A stretch of DNA of 64,000 nt from NCBI GenBank assembly GCA_040753675.1, contig JBFMEB010000006.1:4561-68560 (forward strand). Direction: 5' to 3'. Each line of letters begins with the position of its first letter. The first letter of the stretch is position 1. The DNA comes from Candidatus Omnitrophota bacterium. GTDB taxonomy: Bacteria > Omnitrophota > Gorgyraeia > JAHJTE01. The position numbers and the translations under genes are program-made. Shown in pieces: positions 62,361 to 64,000 of the stretch. The notes under the pieces were generated by a model. That model was not told where the DNA came from. It did no database searches and worked only from the letters and a program-made list of their open reading frames with translations.

Positions 62361-63097
62361 CCTATAGGATAAAACTGGATATTTTTGAAGGGCCATTAGA
62401 TCTTCTTTTGTATTTGATTAAAAGAAATGATATTAATATTTACGATATCCCCATTGCAAAGGTTACTGAGCAGTATCTACAGTATATGGAGTTGATGCGT
62501 CTTTTGGATTTAGAGATTGCTTCTGAGTTTTTAGTTATGGCAGCCACCTTAATCGAAATAAAATCCCAAATGCTACTGCCAAAAGAGGAAGCCCCTCAAG
62601 AGGAAGAACTAGACCCTCGCGCTGATCTCGTTAACAGATTGTTAGAATATCAGAAGTATAAACAGGTAGCTGAAACTTTAAGGCAGAGGGAACTTGTTTT
62701 TAAAGATGTTTTTAGTAGAAGGCCAGAGACTTTAGAAGAGAGAGAGTCGGGCGAGGTTTATTTTGAGGCAAGTCTATTTGATTTAATATCTGCTTTCACT
62801 AAGGCATTAAAAGAGGTACCCAAAGAAGTATTCTATGAAATTATTAAAGACGAGTTTACGGTTGAACAGAAGGTTCATGATATTTTAAGGTTGCTCTTAA
62901 ACGAGACGAATATTTATTTGGATGACCTTTTTGCCCAAGCAAAGAATAAATTAGAGATTATTGCTACTTTTTTGGCAATACTCGAATTAATTCGTTTACA
63001 GGAGATTACCGTAGCTCAAAAAGAGGCTTTTGGCCGTATCTTGATACGGCGCTTCGAAGAGCGGATAAAGCCGGCTAATTTTGCCCAAAACCAATAA
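62357..63097 (+). CDS. scpA: Segregation and condensation protein A
   Basis: FEGPLDLLLYLI, EFLVMAATL, TFLAILEL. Confidence 0.94.
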   Translation: MTYRIKLDIFEGPLDLLLYLIKRNDINIYDIPIAKVTEQYLQYMELMRLLDLEIASEFLVMAATLIEIKSQMLLPKEEAPQEEELDPRADLVNRLLEYQKYKQVAETLRQRELVFKDVFSRRPETLEERESGEVYFEASLFDLISAFTKALKEVPKEVFYEIIKDEFTVEQKVHDILRLLLNETNIYLDDLFAQAKNKLEIIATFLAILELIRLQEITVAQKEAFGRILIRRFEERIKPANFAQNQ

Positions 63098-63098
63098 T

Positions 63099-64000
63099 AT
63101 GGAAAAAGAAAACATTAGTCCAGAAATTCTTAAATTACAAGAGACAGAGGAAGATGTAGTTTTAAACATCTCTCTGCGTCCTACAAAATTAAGCGAATTT
63201 GTTGGCCAGGAGGCGGCTTTAAGTTCACTAAGTATTGCTTTAAAGGCGGCAAAGGAAAGGAATGAACCATTAGAACACGCTCTTCTTTCTGGACCGCCTG
63301 GCTTAGGCAAGACTTCTTTAGCCCACATCATAGCCCACGAAATGCACTCAAATATTACTGCTACCTCAGGCCCGGCGATTGAGCGAGCAGGAGATTTGAT
63401 TGGGATTTTAACTAATTTAAACAAAGGAGATATATTTTTTATCGACGAAATTCACCGGCTTTCGCGTGTAGTAGAAGAGTTTCTTTATCAGGCAATGGAA
63501 AGTTTTCAGATTGATTTTGTTATAGATAAAGGCCCCTATGCAAAGACGATAAAATTTAATCTAAAACCCTTTACCCTTATCGGAGCTACTACCCGTTCAG
63601 GACTTCTAACTGCTCCGATGCGTAGCCGTTTTGGCTTACTTTTTCATCTTGATTTTTATCAGCCGCAAGAGATAGCTAAAATCGTTGCCAATTCAGCAAA
63701 GATTTTAGGCGTCGGCCTTGATGAAAAAGGTGCGTTAGAGATCGGCAGAAGAAGTAGGGGTACTCCTCGAGTTGCAAATCGCCTGCTTCGGCGTGTGCGC
63801 GATTATGCGCAAGTAAAAAAGATAGATAAGATAACCGATAAGGTAGCAGCCGATGCTTTAGATGCCTTAAACATTGACCAATACGGCCTTGACCAGCTTG
63901 ACCGAAAGGTGCTGCGTACTATTATTGAGCACTACGAAGGCGGGCCAGTAGGTATCGATTCTTTATCTGCTACATTAAACGAAGATGCAGATACGCTTGT
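63099..64000 (+). CDS. ruvB: Holliday junction helicase RuvB (3' end beyond the window)
   Basis: Manual translation: SLRPTKLSEFVGQ, GPPGLGKT, FIDEIHR, GATTR, SRGTPR, GGPVG. Confidence 0.95.
   Translation, partial: MEKENISPEILKLQETEEDVVLNISLRPTKLSEFVGQEAALSSLSIALKAAKERNEPLEHALLSGPPGLGKTSLAHIIAHEMHSNITATSGPAIERAGDLIGILTNLNKGDIFFIDEIHRLSRVVEEFLYQAMESFQIDFVIDKGPYAKTIKFNLKPFTLIGATTRSGLLTAPMRSRFGLLFHLDFYQPQEIAKIVANSAKILGVGLDEKGALEIGRRSRGTPRVANRLLRRVRDYAQVKKIDKITDKVAADALDALNIDQYGLDQLDRKVLRTIIEHYEGGPVGIDSLSATLNEDADTL

Overview
AT-rich bacterial chromosome segment with nearly all genes on the + strand. Gene content and style resemble Candidatus Omnitrophota, but this is an inference. It holds a split, partly duplicated type IV pilus/T2SS-like locus (2x PilB, 2x PilC, 2x PilM-N fusion, 2x PilO, 2x PilP-like, pilins). 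A glycosylation cluster lies next to the major pilin, and a two-component/ANTAR/c-di-GMP signalling block lies inside the pilus genes. Housekeeping genes follow (def, pckA, serA, purA, hppA, uppS-cdsA-dxr-rseP-ispG, proS-rimP-nusA-infB, trpS-scpA-ruvB). The most unusual signal is non-coding. About 20 gene junctions are filled by palindromic elements of three kinds. (1) Inverted arms built from short 6-11 nt periodic repeats, either empty or enclosing a four-helix-bundle (IVS/Avd-like) gene. (2) A-CCCNG...CNGGG-T terminal-inverted-repeat elements, often with TAA/TTA duplications, either empty or carrying a small GIY-YIG nuclease. (3) Covarying hairpins with conserved tandem GA/GA mismatches that abut the type-2 elements. 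No transposase or integrase is visible in the window. All calls come from reading the sequence by eye; no searches were run.
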